DNA of 64,000 nucleotides from the human T2T-CHM13v2.0 reference genome, Homo sapiens, in the NCBI RefSeq assembly GCF_009914755.1, contig NC_060937.1, one strand, 5' to 3'. Under the pieces are notes generated by a model. That model was not told the DNA's origin and ran no database searches. It was given only the letters and a program-made list of their open reading frames with translations. Below, one piece after another: positions 12,423 through 25,039 of the stretch. The stretch's first letter is position 1, and each line of letters starts with the position of its first letter. The translations under genes and the position numbers were made by a program.

Positions 12423-13443
12423 TTACAATTTGGCATGTTTTTGCAGTGGCTGGTACCAGTTCCTTTCCATGTTTAGTGCTTCCTTCAGGAGCTCTTGTAA
12501 GGCAGGCCTGGTGGTGACAAAATCTCTCAGCATTTGCTTGTCTGTAAAGGATTTTATTTCTCCTTCACTTATGAAGCTTAATTTGCCTGGATATGAAATT
12601 CTGGGTTGAAAATTCTTGTCTTTAAGAATGTTGATTATTGGCCCCCACTCTCCTCTGGCTTGTATAGTTTCTGCTGAGAGATCTGCTGTTAGTCTGATGG
12701 GCTTCCCTTTGTGGGTAACCCGACCTTTCTGTCTGGCTGCCCTTAACATTTTTTCCTTCATTTCAACCTTGGTGAGTTTGACAATTATGTGTCTTGGGGT
12801 TGTTCTTCTCGAGGAGTATCTTTGTGGTGTTCTCTGTATTTTCTGAATTTGAATGTTGGTCTGCCTTGCTAGGTTGGGGAAGTTCTCCTGGATAATATCC
12901 TGAAGAGTGTTTTCCAACTTGGTTCCATTCTCCCGCTCACTTTCAGGTACACCAATCAAACGTAGATTTGGTGTTTTCACATAGTCCCATATTTCTTGGA
13001 GGCTTTGTTAGTTTCTTTTTACTCTTTGTTCCCTAAACTTCTCTTCTCACTTTGTTTCATTCATTTGCTCTTCAATCATTGATACCCTTTTTTCCATTTG
13101 ATCAAATAGGCTATTGAAGCTTGTGCTTGTGTCACATAGTTCTTGTGCCATGGTTTTCAGCTCCATCAGGTCATTTAAGATCTTCTCTACACTGTTTATT
13201 CTAGTTAGCCATTTGTCTAATCTTTTTTCAAGGTTTTTAGCTTCCTTGTGATGGGTTTGAACATCCTCCTTTAGCTCGGAGAAGTTTGTTATTACCGACC
13301 TCCTGAGTCTACTTCTGTCAGCTTGTCAAAGTCATTCTCTGTCCAGCTTTGTTCCGCTGCTGGCAAGGAGCTGCGATACTTTGGAGGAGAAGAGGCACTC
13401 TGGTTTTTAGAATTTTCAGCTTTTCTCTCTAGTTTTTCCCCAT
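12423..13443 (-). pseudogene. Disrupted L1 ORF1; C-terminal 185 codons still open
   Basis: ORF 12423-12980 gives PNLRLIGVPES...IQRTPQRYSSRR..PRHIIV..LSF. The ancestral ATG is at 13443-13441, followed by early disruption. Confidence 0.92.
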
Positions 13444-14745
13444 CTTTGTGGCTTCATCTACCTTTGGTCTTTAATGTTGGTGACCTACACATGGGGTTTT
13501 GGTGTGGATGTCCTTTTGGTTGATGTTCACGCTATTCCTTTCTGTTTGTTAATTTTCCTTCTAACAGTCAGGTCCCTCAGCTGCAGGTCTGTTGGATTTT
13601 GCTGGAGGTCCACTCTGGATCCTGTTTGCCTGGGTATCATCAGCAGAGGCTGTGGAACAGCAAATATTGCAGAACAGCAAATATTGCTGTCTGATCCTTC
13701 CTCTGGAAGCTTCGTCCCGGAAGGGCACCTGCGTGTATGAGGTGTCAGTCAGCCCCTACTGGGAGGTGTCTCCCAGTTAGGCTACATGGGGGTCAGGGAC
13801 CCACTTGATGAGGCAGCCTGTCTGTTCTCTGAGCTCAAACACCATGCTGGGAGAACAACTGCTCTCTTCAGAGCTGTCAGACAGGGACATTTAAGTCTGC
13901 AGAAGTTTCTGCTGCCTTTTGTTCAGCTATGCCCTGCCCCCAGAGGTGGAATCTACAGAGGCAGCAGGCCTTGCTGAGCTCCGGTGGGCTCCACCCAGTT
14001 CGAGCTTCCATGGCTGCTTCGTTTACCTACTCAAGCCTCAGCAATATCAGACGCCCCTCCCCCCACCAGGCTGCATCCTCACAGGTCAATCTCAGACTGC
14101 TGTGCTAGTAGTGCTCAAGGCTCCGTGGGCATGGGACCCGCTGAGCCAGGCACGGGATGTAATCTCCTGGTGTGCCATTTGCTAAGACCAGTGGAAAAGC
14201 ACAGCATTTGGGTGAGAGTGTCCCGTTTTTCCAGGTACCGTCTGTCACAGCTTCCCTTGGCTAGGAAACGGAAATCCCCTGACCCCGGGTGAGGTGATGC
14301 CCTGCCCTGCTTCAGCTCGCCCTCTGTGGGCTGCACCCACTGTCCAACCAGTCCCAATGAGATGAACCAGGTACCTCAGTTGGAAATGCAGAATTCACCC
14401 GTCTTCTGTGTCAATCATGCTGGGAGCTGCAGATTGGAGCTGTTCCTATTTGGCCAACTTGGAATGGAATCCATTCATTTTTTATTAAATTACATAATAG
14501 ATCTAAAAAAAAGTGTAAAATAATACCAAGCATCTAATTTCCTTTTCTGAACAAATAGTTATGTTTTTGTAATGATAAGGTATGTATTTAGCATGTAAGA
14601 ATTTGTGTTTCAATAAAATGTTAATTAAATAATAAATTAATAATATTAAACTTTTACTCATTTCATAAAATGGTAACAGTACATATAACCTAATGAAGAA
14701 AAGTTTTAAAAATATAAATGGTTTGAGACCAAAATGTGTAAAAAT

Positions 14746-16070
14746 AGATGGACAAATTTTTCTAGCAATTTATGAGAAGAATATTAAATTGTCCTACAAT
14801 GATGGTGATAGGCACATACATGTTTATGACTATTATGATTTCCTGATGAATTGGCCCTGTTAAAGTTGTAAAATGGCTCACTTTATTTTTGTAATAGTCT
14901 GCCTGGTTGTATATTTTATCTGATATCAATTTAACCACCCTAGACTTCTTATTGCTTGCTATTTGAATGATTTTTTTAATTAATGTATTTTGTTTTTATA
15001 TTTAATCTTTGTCTTTATATTTAAATTTTATCTCATACAGGCAGCTTATAAATCATACATAAACAATATATTTTTTGAACATATGCTATAATTATTAAGG
15101 AGGACAAGTTAGAGTTGACCATTATTTGTATTCTGCCTGATCCTTATGATTATTCCTCACTGTTTCCCATGTTGTTTATTCCATTGATTATTTGAATATT
15201 GCTTGGAATACATTTTTAAGTCATTTATTGGCTTCTTAGCTATACAGTTATGTATTTTTGCTTTTCAACTTAGGAGCCACTAGTCATATATCTTCACTGA
15301 GAACTTACAATGTGGCTATTGTCACTGAGGTATTGAATTTTTAGCTTTATTTAATTTTAATTTTAAATATATATTAAACTTACATTTAAGTTCACTATTG
15401 GAAAATTTTTAAATTGTTTGAACAACTTAGGCATGTTATGCTACCTTTCCACCTGTAAGTTTTAGGAATTCAAATGCAGATAAAGTATTTCTACTTAAAA
15501 AAATTATCAAAATTGAAGTTTGTTATAAGGGTCAAATACAAACTGAATTTCAAAAATTAATTATAAAATAAAAGAATATATATATTTTATTTTTATCAAT
15601 TACATATTAAATAGATAATGCAATGATTATATTGGATTAAATAAAATACATAAATTCACTTGTTTCATTTTGCTTTTTCAAACGTGGCTATTATATATTT
15701 TAAAATTACATGTATGTCCCACATTATTTTTCTCTCAGATACTGATTCTCAGGTATGATATTTATTCTTAACATTTCTCAGCCTACTTCAATGGATGTTA
15801 TAGCATTACTTTAAATGTAGAAAACTTGAAACACACATGCCCATTTAACACATCTTCCAAAATCCTCTAGGCTTTAATCATAATATATTTCACAGCCATA
15901 TACGTTATACACTACTTTCTTTAGCATTCTTGTTCAATAATTTTTTGGGGTGACAAATTATTTTGTTTTTCTTTTCATTGACATTATCATGTCACATTCA
16001 TTCTTGAAGTATAATTTTGCTAAATATGGAATTCTGGATTAACTGTTTTTTGAAAATCACTTTCAAAATG
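14746..16070 (-). mobile_element. Continuation of the old L1M (endonuclease/ORF1-proximal region)
   Basis: 'tgatgaattggccctgtt...tattttatctgatatcaatttaaccacc' resembles antisense L1M endonuclease sequence. Confidence 0.6.
15262..15745 (-). mobile_element. Charlie5/MER33/MER3-family hAT non-autonomous element
   Basis: 'gccactagtcatat...aatgtggcta...ttgaattttta' at left. 'aattcacttgtttc...gtggcta..ttttaaaattacat' at right is the reverse complement of the MER33 start. Confidence 0.7.
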
Positions 16071-16071
16071 C

Positions 16072-17843
16072 CTTTCTTTTCTTTCACCAATCTTCTGAGT
16101 GTATTGCTGCAACGGTTCAAGTATGGCCATTAGAATTCCTCTCTATGAGTCTCTAACATCCTTAGAACTTCTATAGTTGTTAGGGGTGGCAGATTATCTT
16201 GCAGTTTTACCACCATATTCCTTGATGTGGCGATCTTCTGGATCCATCAAAGGAACAAAGTCTGCTGTTGCTGAATTCCATGCATTAACCAGTGCACATC
16301 CAGAAGAGCTGTAAACTGAAAACATTGTGTGAAGTACATCTGCGTCTGGAGCACAGGAAAAAAAAAGTCTTTAAATATGTAATATCAGCTGGTGGGAAAA
16401 GAATATGAATTACCTGGCAATCCTGAGTTGCTTCCCGATGTCCTCAGCTTTGCTGATTATCCACATAGGAAAGGCATGGTTTTTCTGGCAATGAGACAAG
16501 ATAAATGTAAATTACATGGCACTTCGGCTTGCTTTCCTGTGTTGACATTCCTCAGCTTAAAGCTTTGTTTGTTTACCATTTTCTAAACGATTAGAATATC
16601 TACTCGCCATACTGCTGTCTTCATATGGAGGTAGAGTATTTTATCCTAGTTCTCAATTATTTCCAGATTAATTATCTTTATCAAATCTGCATTTCAAGTG
16701 TATTTGTCTGTTCTCACACTACTGATAAAGACATATACAAGACTGGGTAATTTATAAAGAAAAAGAGGTTTAATGGACTCACAATTCCATCAGGCTGGGG
16801 AGGCCTCGCAATCATGGCTGAAGGTGAAAGGCATATCTTACATGGTGGCAGGCTAGAGAAAATGAGAACAAAGTGAAAGGGTTTTCCCTTATAAAACCAT
16901 CAGATCTCATGAGACTTATTCACTAGGATGAGAACACTATAGAGGAAACCACCCCCATGATTCAATTATGTACTCCCTGGACACTCCCAGAGCAAGTGGG
17001 AATTATGGGAGCTACAATTCAAGATGAGCTTCAGGTGGGGACAGAGCCAAACCATATCACCGAGATATAGGTTGTGAAGGTGTTAGGGAACTCTTGGAGG
17101 TGGAATCTGGGATACCTCTAGAGGCACCTGTAATTATATCCTCAGAGTAGGTAATTTGTTAATCACCAAAGAAGTTGTGATTCCTCATCCATTTTTTCAG
17201 GGAAGTTCACAAACAAAGGCAACAACCTATACAAACATCATCACCTCTCTCTTTTCAGGACTCAGTCTGAGGGAGAGAAGGAAAGTGGTAAGGGAAGCAG
17301 AGGGATTTATTGAAGACAGATGAGAAAGAAGACAAGAATTCTGTGAAAGGGAAAGTGCGCTTAATGGTGGCATTTTCTTTTTCATTTATCTCAGTATTTT
17401 TTTAGTAATTCAAATAATTTTTATAATGATATTTATCTCATAAGTGCCAGTAATTCATTTGCTTGGGATAAGCTTCTGCAAACATATTCATTCATCTAAA
17501 TCAAAAGAAGCATTCTTTAGCCACTGCAAGAGTGGATTCTCATACACATTTCAAATATGACATAAAATATTAGCTCTTTAAGAGAAAGACCTGGAGGCAG
17601 CATTCATGGCTTCCCATATTTTCCAACCACATGGTGATCCCAATGGGTTATTAGAGCCCATGTTTTCCACAGTTATTCAACAGTAATATTTGGATTTTGA
17701 GAAGTTTGTCAGATTCATATTCCCAAAAGCGGAGAGCACTTGGAGGATCTTTTACCTGGTTGTTGTGCGAACATAAATTTTTAGCTGCTCCATTTAATTT
17801 GGGAAGTCCTAGACATCCTGTCCTTGTCACCAGGCATATGGAA
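16072..17843 (-). pseudogene. Decayed processed-pseudogene-like coding remnant, parent gene not identified; interrupted by THE1
   Basis: Does not resemble repeats I recognise. Minus-strand translation gives protein-like blocks broken by stops and frameshifts: MEQLKIYVRTTTR*KILQVLSAFGNMNLTNFSKSKYYC, GKYGKP*MLPPGLSLKELIFYVI, LSPEKREVMMFV, PEKMDEESQLLW*LTNYL, NTLPPYEDSSMASRYSNRLENG. Possible decayed A-rich tail at 16072-16084. Confidence 0.55.
16699..17059 (-). mobile_element. THE1B/C MaLR solo LTR
   Basis: tgtat...ctgataaagacata..gagactgggtaatttataaagaaaaagagg-like ... gccaaaccatatca; 361 bp. Confidence 0.92.
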
Positions 17844-17844
17844 A

Positions 17845-18123
17845 TATAAGTGAAAACAAAATCTCCTGTGAACTCAGAAAATCTTCCTACCAAGTTAGAA
17901 AAGAAAGTGAATAATGAAACCAGGATGTGATGAGCATCACAGACAATCTGCTTGAGCATCACAGACAATCTGCTAGGAAACTGAAAATACAGAAATAAAT
18001 TGTTCCCTTTTATACAGCCAAGCAGACATAACCCATTAGATGTTCTCAAGATAAATAATAATTAGCTCTCAAGAAAGAAGACTTGACAGCATAATTTGTC
18101 ATGTATAGTTCATCTTAAATTCA
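17845..18123 (-). mobile_element. ERV1-class LTR fragment (family uncertain)
   Basis: 'aaaccaggatgtgatgagcatcacagacaatctgct...ccttttatacagccaagcagac..aacccatta..gttctcaagataaa' resembles an antisense ERV1 LTR with a TATA box. Confidence 0.5.
17931..17974. repeat. Perfect 22-bp tandem duplication
   Basis: tgagcatcacagacaatctgct occurs twice in tandem. Confidence 0.95.
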
Positions 18124-18124
18124 C

Positions 18125-19011
18125 TTTTTTTCTTGCAATGTCTTTGGTTATTCAAGCTCTTTTTTGGTTCCACATAAATTTCAGGATTGTTTTACTAATT
18201 CTGTGAAAAACGATGTTGGTAATTTGATAGGAATTGCATTGAATCTGTAGATTGCTTTGGGCAGTATGGTCATTTAAATGATACTGATTTTTCTAATCCA
18301 TGAGCTTGGGATGTTTTTCCATTTGTTTGTGTCTTCTGTGATTTCTTCCATCAGTGTTTTTTAGTTCTTCTTCTAAAGATCTTTTGCTTTCTTTGTTAAA
18401 AGTATTCCTAGATATTATGTGTGTGTGTGTGTTGGCTTTTGTAAATGAGATTGAGTTATTGACTTGGTTATCAGCTTAAGTGTTATTGGTGTATAGAAAT
18501 GTTACTGATTTTTGGATGTTGATTTTGTATCCTGTAACTGTACTAAAGTCATATATCAAGATAAAAAGTCTTTTGGGGGAGTCTTCAGGTTTTTCTAGAA
18601 ATAAGGTTGCATTGTCAGTGAAGTGAAATAATTTTACTTTCTCTTTTCCAAATTGAATGCCTTTTATTTCTTTATCTTGCCTGAGTGCTTTGGTGAGGAC
18701 TTCCAGTACTATGTTGAATAGGAGGGGTTAAAGTGGGCATTCTTGTCTTGTTCCAGTTCTTAAGAGAAATGCTTTCAACTTTTCTCAATTCAGTATGATG
18801 TTGGCTAAGGGTTTGTCATGTACGGTTTTTATTATTTTGAGGTATGTTCCTTTGATGCCTAGATTGTTGAGCATTATTTATCATAAATGAATCTTGGATT
18901 TTATCAAATGCTATTTCTGCATCTATTGAGATTATCATATGGTGTTGTTTTAAATTTTGTTGTGTGATTGGCCACATTTATTGATTTTTGCATATTGAAC
19001 CATCCTTGCAT
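18125..19011 (-). mobile_element. L1PB/late-L1PA ORF2 (RT region) fragment
   Basis: 'ttgaatctgtagattgctttgggcagtatggtcatt' and 'ggacttccagtactatgttgaatagg'. Confidence 0.88.
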
Positions 19012-19934
19012 AAATCTGCTTTAACATTCCTGTTTGCAAGTTTCAGTGCCTGAGTCATCTTTGTATCCATTTCTTTCAAGTTTTAACTATTTCTTAAATA
19101 TGCCTGCTTTTTATTCACTCTCAGGGACTTTAGGAATGTTGTTTTGCTTGTTTATTTTGTTGTTTTCTAGAGCTCATAGTCATTGTCCATAGGAAAATTT
19201 ATTTGGTAAGAGCCCACCCTTTCTTATCTGTTTCAGAAGCAGGCAGGACTTTCTCCTATTATTTCAATGTTAGTAAACATTTTGTGTGTTTTCTATTTTC
19301 TCAACCAGATAAAAAAACAGAAATGTCTTAATATATATGCCTGGGTTTCACACAAAGCATTGTTCGTAAGTTATTTGTGAATATTTGTCAAAAGAACTAA
19401 ATAAATATGAGAAATTCAGAAGCAATTTAATTTCCTATAACAAATAGAAATCCTAAAGTCACCAATTTTTCAGATTCTCCTTATTTAGTTATGCACTTAT
19501 TCATTCAACAAGCAGACACTGATAACTTGATTAACTTGTTTCCTTATTAGGCCCTAAAAATTCAGCTGGGATGGCCACTACGTACAAGACCAACTCAACT
19601 TGAAATTAAAAAAAAACAAACTAATATTTATGTAATGATTATTTTCTCAGTAGGTGTTTAATGTCTTTCTCCAAACAGAGCCACATTAATCAGATGGGCA
19701 CAAGTTGCACTGTTCACACTGCTATCTTCCTACACAAAAGATTGTTTTGAGAAGTATGTAAACATTAATTTTAAATATTATTTACTATGAAATAGCTTAA
19801 ACATGTAGAAAAATATAGATAATAATAAACAGCCATGTACCCAAGCCATCTTTTAAAAGTTGTTAATGTATTTTACATTTGTTTCTCGCTTTTCTTAACC
19901 AAATACATTGAACAAAACTTTCTTTCCTAACATA

Positions 19935-20392
19935 GAGTAGTTTGAGGCAAGAATAAAATGAGAATCCATGGCCTTCAACTCTTATTCCTTTCTTTTTGTC
20001 CTTGGCTCTCTCTTTAAGCATTAGGGCTATTGTGCACATGTACGTGTCTGTTCATAGCTAATCACTCAGATCCTATCTCTGTCCAAACCTTTTAAAATAG
20101 ACACCATTTGGCTACTCCTTGAGCCTAGGGTGCACAAAATCAGAACTGTGCCTTTATTTCATAAAAATTGGCCTGGGCAAGTGGCCCACATAGAACATGG
20201 TAGGTTAAGAAATTTTAGAGTTACAGAATGTGGTCTAGAAAGAACAGCTGGAAAGGGCTCTAGTGGTTCATGTTCTTTATCTTTGCTTTGTCCTCTGGGG
20301 ATGGGTGCTGACAAAAGAGGGTCGGACAGAGTCCTCTAACGTGCTGGGATCAGAACAGCCACTCTTATCTCCCAGTTCAGAATGTAAAACTG
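19935..20392 (-). mobile_element. MER115-like hAT-Tip100 (Zaphod-derived) element
   Basis: 'ttgagcctagggtgcaca' and the terminal 'gagtcctctaacgtgctggg...ctcttatctcccag...actg' match the CpG-decayed reverse complement of MER115. Confidence 0.55.
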
Positions 20393-20399
20393 AAGCCTG

Positions 20400-22020
20400 C
20401 AACATTATGGACTCAGTTCTAGTACCATTTACCCTCTGCTGCAGATCTAGCCACTCCCCTAAATGTGTTTATAATTTGCTAGACATTATTTTAGTACTAT
20501 ATAGATATGCATTACAAAATGATATAATATTTAGTTTTCTATTTTCAGGCTTTACATATTGATTAATTATACTAATTAAATTACAGCACTCATATTTAAA
20601 TGTACTTTTCTTCACTCAAAATTTTGTATTTTCTTTTTGAGTGTAAATGTGTAGATACATGTACTTTTACTTCTTTCATTTAAACTTTAGTATGGTCCAC
20701 CATAATATGAATATATTGCAATTTAAATATATCCCTTAGCCCAATGAGTTTCGGTTGTTTCCAAATTTTAATATTAGATATAATGCTATAATGAACGTTC
20801 TTTCCACATTTCCTTGTGAACATTTGCTAAGTTGTATACCCTGAAGTGGAATTCATATGGCTAACTTGTGCTTTAAAGTTGTAGACATTTATGCCTGAAG
20901 TATAAACGTTCCCATTGTTTCATGCACTCACCAATAGTTGATATTATGAGTTTTCTAAATGTTGCCAATTCTGGCAATTTGCATTTCTCTGATTACTTGA
21001 GAGGTCCCAAATATTTTTAAATGCCTGTGACCATTCAAAATTTCTCATCTGTAAATTAGTTAAAACTTTTGCCTTCTTTTCTGTTTTCTGTTTTGATTTG
21101 TTTTTTCTTGATATGAGATCATCATAAACACATAATATTAACCATTCGTTAGTCATGTATATTATAAATATGGTTTTACAAGTGCATGTTTTGCTTTCTT
21201 ATTAATAATTTTAATTTACATTGACTTTTAAGTTCACCTTTTATTTTTAATTGTAATATAGGAATTTTGCTTAATAAATCCCTTTCTTATTTTTCCAAGT
21301 GTTTGAAAGTTTTGGTTTTCAGATTTAAGTTTTTTATTAGATAAAATACTAGGTAAGGGTAAATAACTCAGATAAAGGTTTTACTTCTAAATATGATGTA
21401 AGAAAGGATTTTAATTTTTTAACTTCGTTAACTAATTGCCCCATTACCAATTTTTAAATAATTAGTTTATTTCATATTTATTTATAAAACAGCTACTGTC
21501 ACATGTCAAGTTTATGTCTTATAGATTCAGTAGATTTGACCTCTTGTCTATTCTGTGGCAAGACCACAGTGGCTTAATTACAATAATTTAAAAGTAGGTT
21601 TGATACATGCTCATCTTGTTCAACTTTTAAAATAGGTTAACCCTTCTCAAATAAATATGTTGAGAAGTTTTATTGGTATTGTGTAAAATTTTTAGGCTTC
21701 TTTTGGAAATTGTGTAGTGTTATGAAATAAATATTTTAATCTGTGAACGTGCCATATTAGCCATTAAATAAGTCCTTTTTACATCTTTAATAAAGTGTGT
21801 ATATTTTCAACATTAATAACTTCCAAGTACTCTTAGATTTAATCATAGATAACACATTTATTAATCCTTTTAATTCCATTTCTAATTATTTTTCCTCATA
21901 TGGAGGGATTATTTTATTTGTTGCTTATGCTGCAATTTTCTTGAACTCTCTTCAGTTCATATAGCATGTAGAGTCTCTTGGATTGTAAATGGAGATAATT
22001 ATGTTGTCTGTAAAGTATGA
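20400..22020 (-). mobile_element. Old L1ME 3'UTR/ORF2 remnant
   Basis: 'ttgtttccaaattttaatattagatataatgctataatgaac' and 'aatttgcatttctctgattact'. Confidence 0.7.
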
Positions 22021-22022
22021 AG

Positions 22023-22397
22023 TGTACTAGTTTGCTAGGACTGCTGTAATAAAGTACCTAAGATTGGGTGGCTTCAATAACAGCAACATATTTTCTCACA
22101 GTTTTATAGGCTAGAAGAGCAAGGTCTCAACAAAATTCATTTTCTTTCGAGGCCTCTCTCTCTTTGGCTTGTAGATAGCTATCTTCATCCTGTGTTTCCA
22201 CCCCACGGTCTTTGTGCTGTACATGACTATGTCTTAATTTCCTCTTCATAGAAGAACACCATTTATATTGGATTAGGGTCCACTCTAATAACTTCATTTC
22301 AGTTTAGTTACTTATTTAAAGACCATTTCTTCAAATAGAGTCATATTTTGAGGAGTTAGGAATCAAATTTTAGTGGAACTCAATTCAGCCCATAATA
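22023..22397 (-). mobile_element. MLT1A/MLT1A0 MaLR LTR
   Basis: tgtactagtttgctaggactgctgtaataaagtacc ... caattcagcccataata. Confidence 0.85.
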
Positions 22398-23569
22398 GAC
22401 GATATCTATTCAGTTCTTTTTCCTAGCTTTTTTTGTTGTGATATGCTAGTCTATTATTTGAAGATTAGAAGCATATGACAGAATACACTGTAGTTATTTC
22501 AAGCAAATAAGTATTTATTAAGGGTTGTAGATATTAATAGAAGACATTAGAAGACAAGACACAAACATTAGAATGATGTTTCAGAAATCACTCCTAAAAT
22601 AATTCTTCTAGATGTAAGCTGTCTTTCAACAGTTAGAAATGATGAAATCAGGATACTGCCCCTCCAACTGGTGACTTCTTCAGGATTTTCCTTCTTGGCA
22701 CTATTCTTGTAATGATTCATAACATTTAGCATCCTATAAGGATTTTTATAAAACTCTGTATAAATATCCTGATTTAGCAAAACCATGTGGAATCTTAGCT
22801 GTAAGGAAGACTGAGAAATAATGAATTTAACTGTTCAGCTTATCATGATAGGAAAGCTGTTATTCAATGCTACAGAATTTCTGCACAATAGTGCACAGAC
22901 ACACACTTATGTACACATACATATACCCTTGTATGTACATAATTTTATTAAAAATCCTGTTACTTAATTTTGTGTGCTTTGTACACACTACACAGCTGAA
23001 AGGTTATATTTTTTTAAATCATGGGTAAGTTAATCTATTTACATTTTTGGTATTTATATATTTGACTTATTTCTAACATCTTATTTTGTTCTGCTTACAT
23101 TTTTGAAAAACTTTGTGTTCATTTTTTCCTTACTTTATCTCTTAACCTTTTCTTATTTTCTTCCTTTCCACCTGTTGATGTATTTAATTTATTTATTTAG
23201 AGTTTACATTTGCAATGCTTAGTAAACATATTTTTAAGAATACTTTTCTATATATTTCTATAAAATAGCCTTTTAAGATCTAATTTGATTAAATATTTTT
23301 ATCCTCTACCTGATATGACATAGAATTTAGCCTATTGTGATCACTAGTTGAACTCATGAACACAAACACACATAGATACCCCTTACTGTTTTTGTCAAGG
23401 GTTTTATACTTCGTCTTCTTTAAATACAAACATTTAGCAATTAATGCTAACAATTTTTATTGATATGGAATATACAAGCAGAATATTTCACATAAGTTAT
23501 CTGACTTACAACAAACAACAGAATGGTGCTACCAACATCCAGAACAAGAAACACACCCTTCCCAGCCTC

Positions 23570-23927
<358 letters not shown>

Positions 23928-24491
23928 TAAATACATAGCCACTAATAAAATGTACTTAGGTTTTTATTTGTTTCTGACTCATAAACTATATCAGCCTTTA
24001 AAATTGCATATAATAAGCAGACACATTTTCTTTATTTTTCTTTCATTATTTTATTTAACAATTATAAGGTTGCTGGATTTTTAAAAATCTCCAGAATTGT
24101 ATTGTGCTTATAATAGAAAGAATGATGAAAACGTGTCCTTTATCTATAGTTCTGTGAGGCTATATTAACAAAAGCATGCTTTACTTTTCAGTTTTTAGAG
24201 ATAATATTATATTTCATTACATTTTTACATCACTCACTTTCCTGATATGTTTTATATGATTTCCTTTATAAATTTTTATGACGTTGTTTCTACTAATAGA
24301 ATTTTCTTTTACACATTAAAATTCTTCCTTTTTCTGAAGCATTTTCTTCTATTCTTATGTGTCATTTTTATATATCCAGTAGTTGTTAACAATTATGATT
24401 ATAGTTTTAAAAAGTCAAACCTCATTTTGAATGCTCATCTGTCTTAGTCTTCTCATGAATCATAGATTCATATAAAGAGATACAGTATAAC

Positions 24492-25039
24492 TGTGGCGGA
24501 CATGCTAATTTTGTCTTTAATATCCGTTCCTCTTCCTCATTATTAGGAGATCCACGATCTTTTAGGTGTAGCACTCTGCCCTGGTCCAAGGCAATTACAT
24601 TATCATTATTTGTCAAGCCAACCATAGCAATCTTTTTCTCCTCTTCTGGGGACTCAATTTCTCACACTCCTTGCCATCAGAGGTGTCCTAAGACCCAGTT
24701 CTAATCAATTACTCCCCAGGGAAAGTGTGTTGAGGCTTTGAGTTAACTTTCTGCTTTCCTAATGAAAGGAATAAACACGACTGATTCTACCTCGCTTTTT
24801 TTCAGGCTTCTTGTGTTGCCCAGAGCAGCAGCAGCCAACTTGTGACGATAAACTAACAGTCTTAAACATGGAAAAATATCCCTCCTAAGGATGGGTACAC
24901 GGTGGCATAATGAAGTTGACGCATCAGTTTTTAAATTATTGTATAATAAAAGACTGTATATTTGAGAATTAAATTGCTCTATTAGCTAAGCCACTGTTAG
25001 TAGGAAAACCTACTTAACATGACACAATATTTCTAACAA
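24492..25039 (+). mobile_element. Old MLT1J/K-type MaLR LTR
   Basis: 'gacccagttctaatcaat', 'gagcagcagcagccaacttgtgac' and 'taagccactgttagt'. Confidence 0.6.

Larger units (their letters stand above)
9664..14467 (-). mobile_element. L1PA5/6-like LINE-1 with both ends, internally deleted in ORF2 (4.8 kb)
   Basis: 5' end rc 'ccattccaagttggccaaataggaacagctcc' at ~14467 and tail at ~9666. TSD aatccattcat at 9653-9663 and 14468-14478. The ORF track shows ORF1 and ORF2 peptides. Confidence 0.95.
9322..14745 (+). mobile_element. Charlie2-like hAT transposon remnant (~9322-9663 and ~14468-14745) split by the L1PA insertion
   Basis: Start 'ttctcaaagtgt..tccag..cctgggg', internal 'gcaacagattaaatgcagaagctgatatga', end 'tgagaccaaaa'. 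Confidence 0.6.

Noticed and set aside
9615-13977. Many ORFs of 60-245 aa on both strands
   Set aside because: All lie inside the L1PA element and are broken ORF1/ORF2 pieces or their antisense shadows.
17931-17974. Direct repeats as a CRISPR-like array
   Set aside because: Only two adjacent copies, no spacers, no cas genes, and a eukaryotic context.
17651-18049. 132-aa minus-strand ORF as a real gene
   Set aside because: Non-ATG start, spans an LTR fragment and a 22-bp duplication, and enters the putative retrocopy in a frame other than the most protein-like one.
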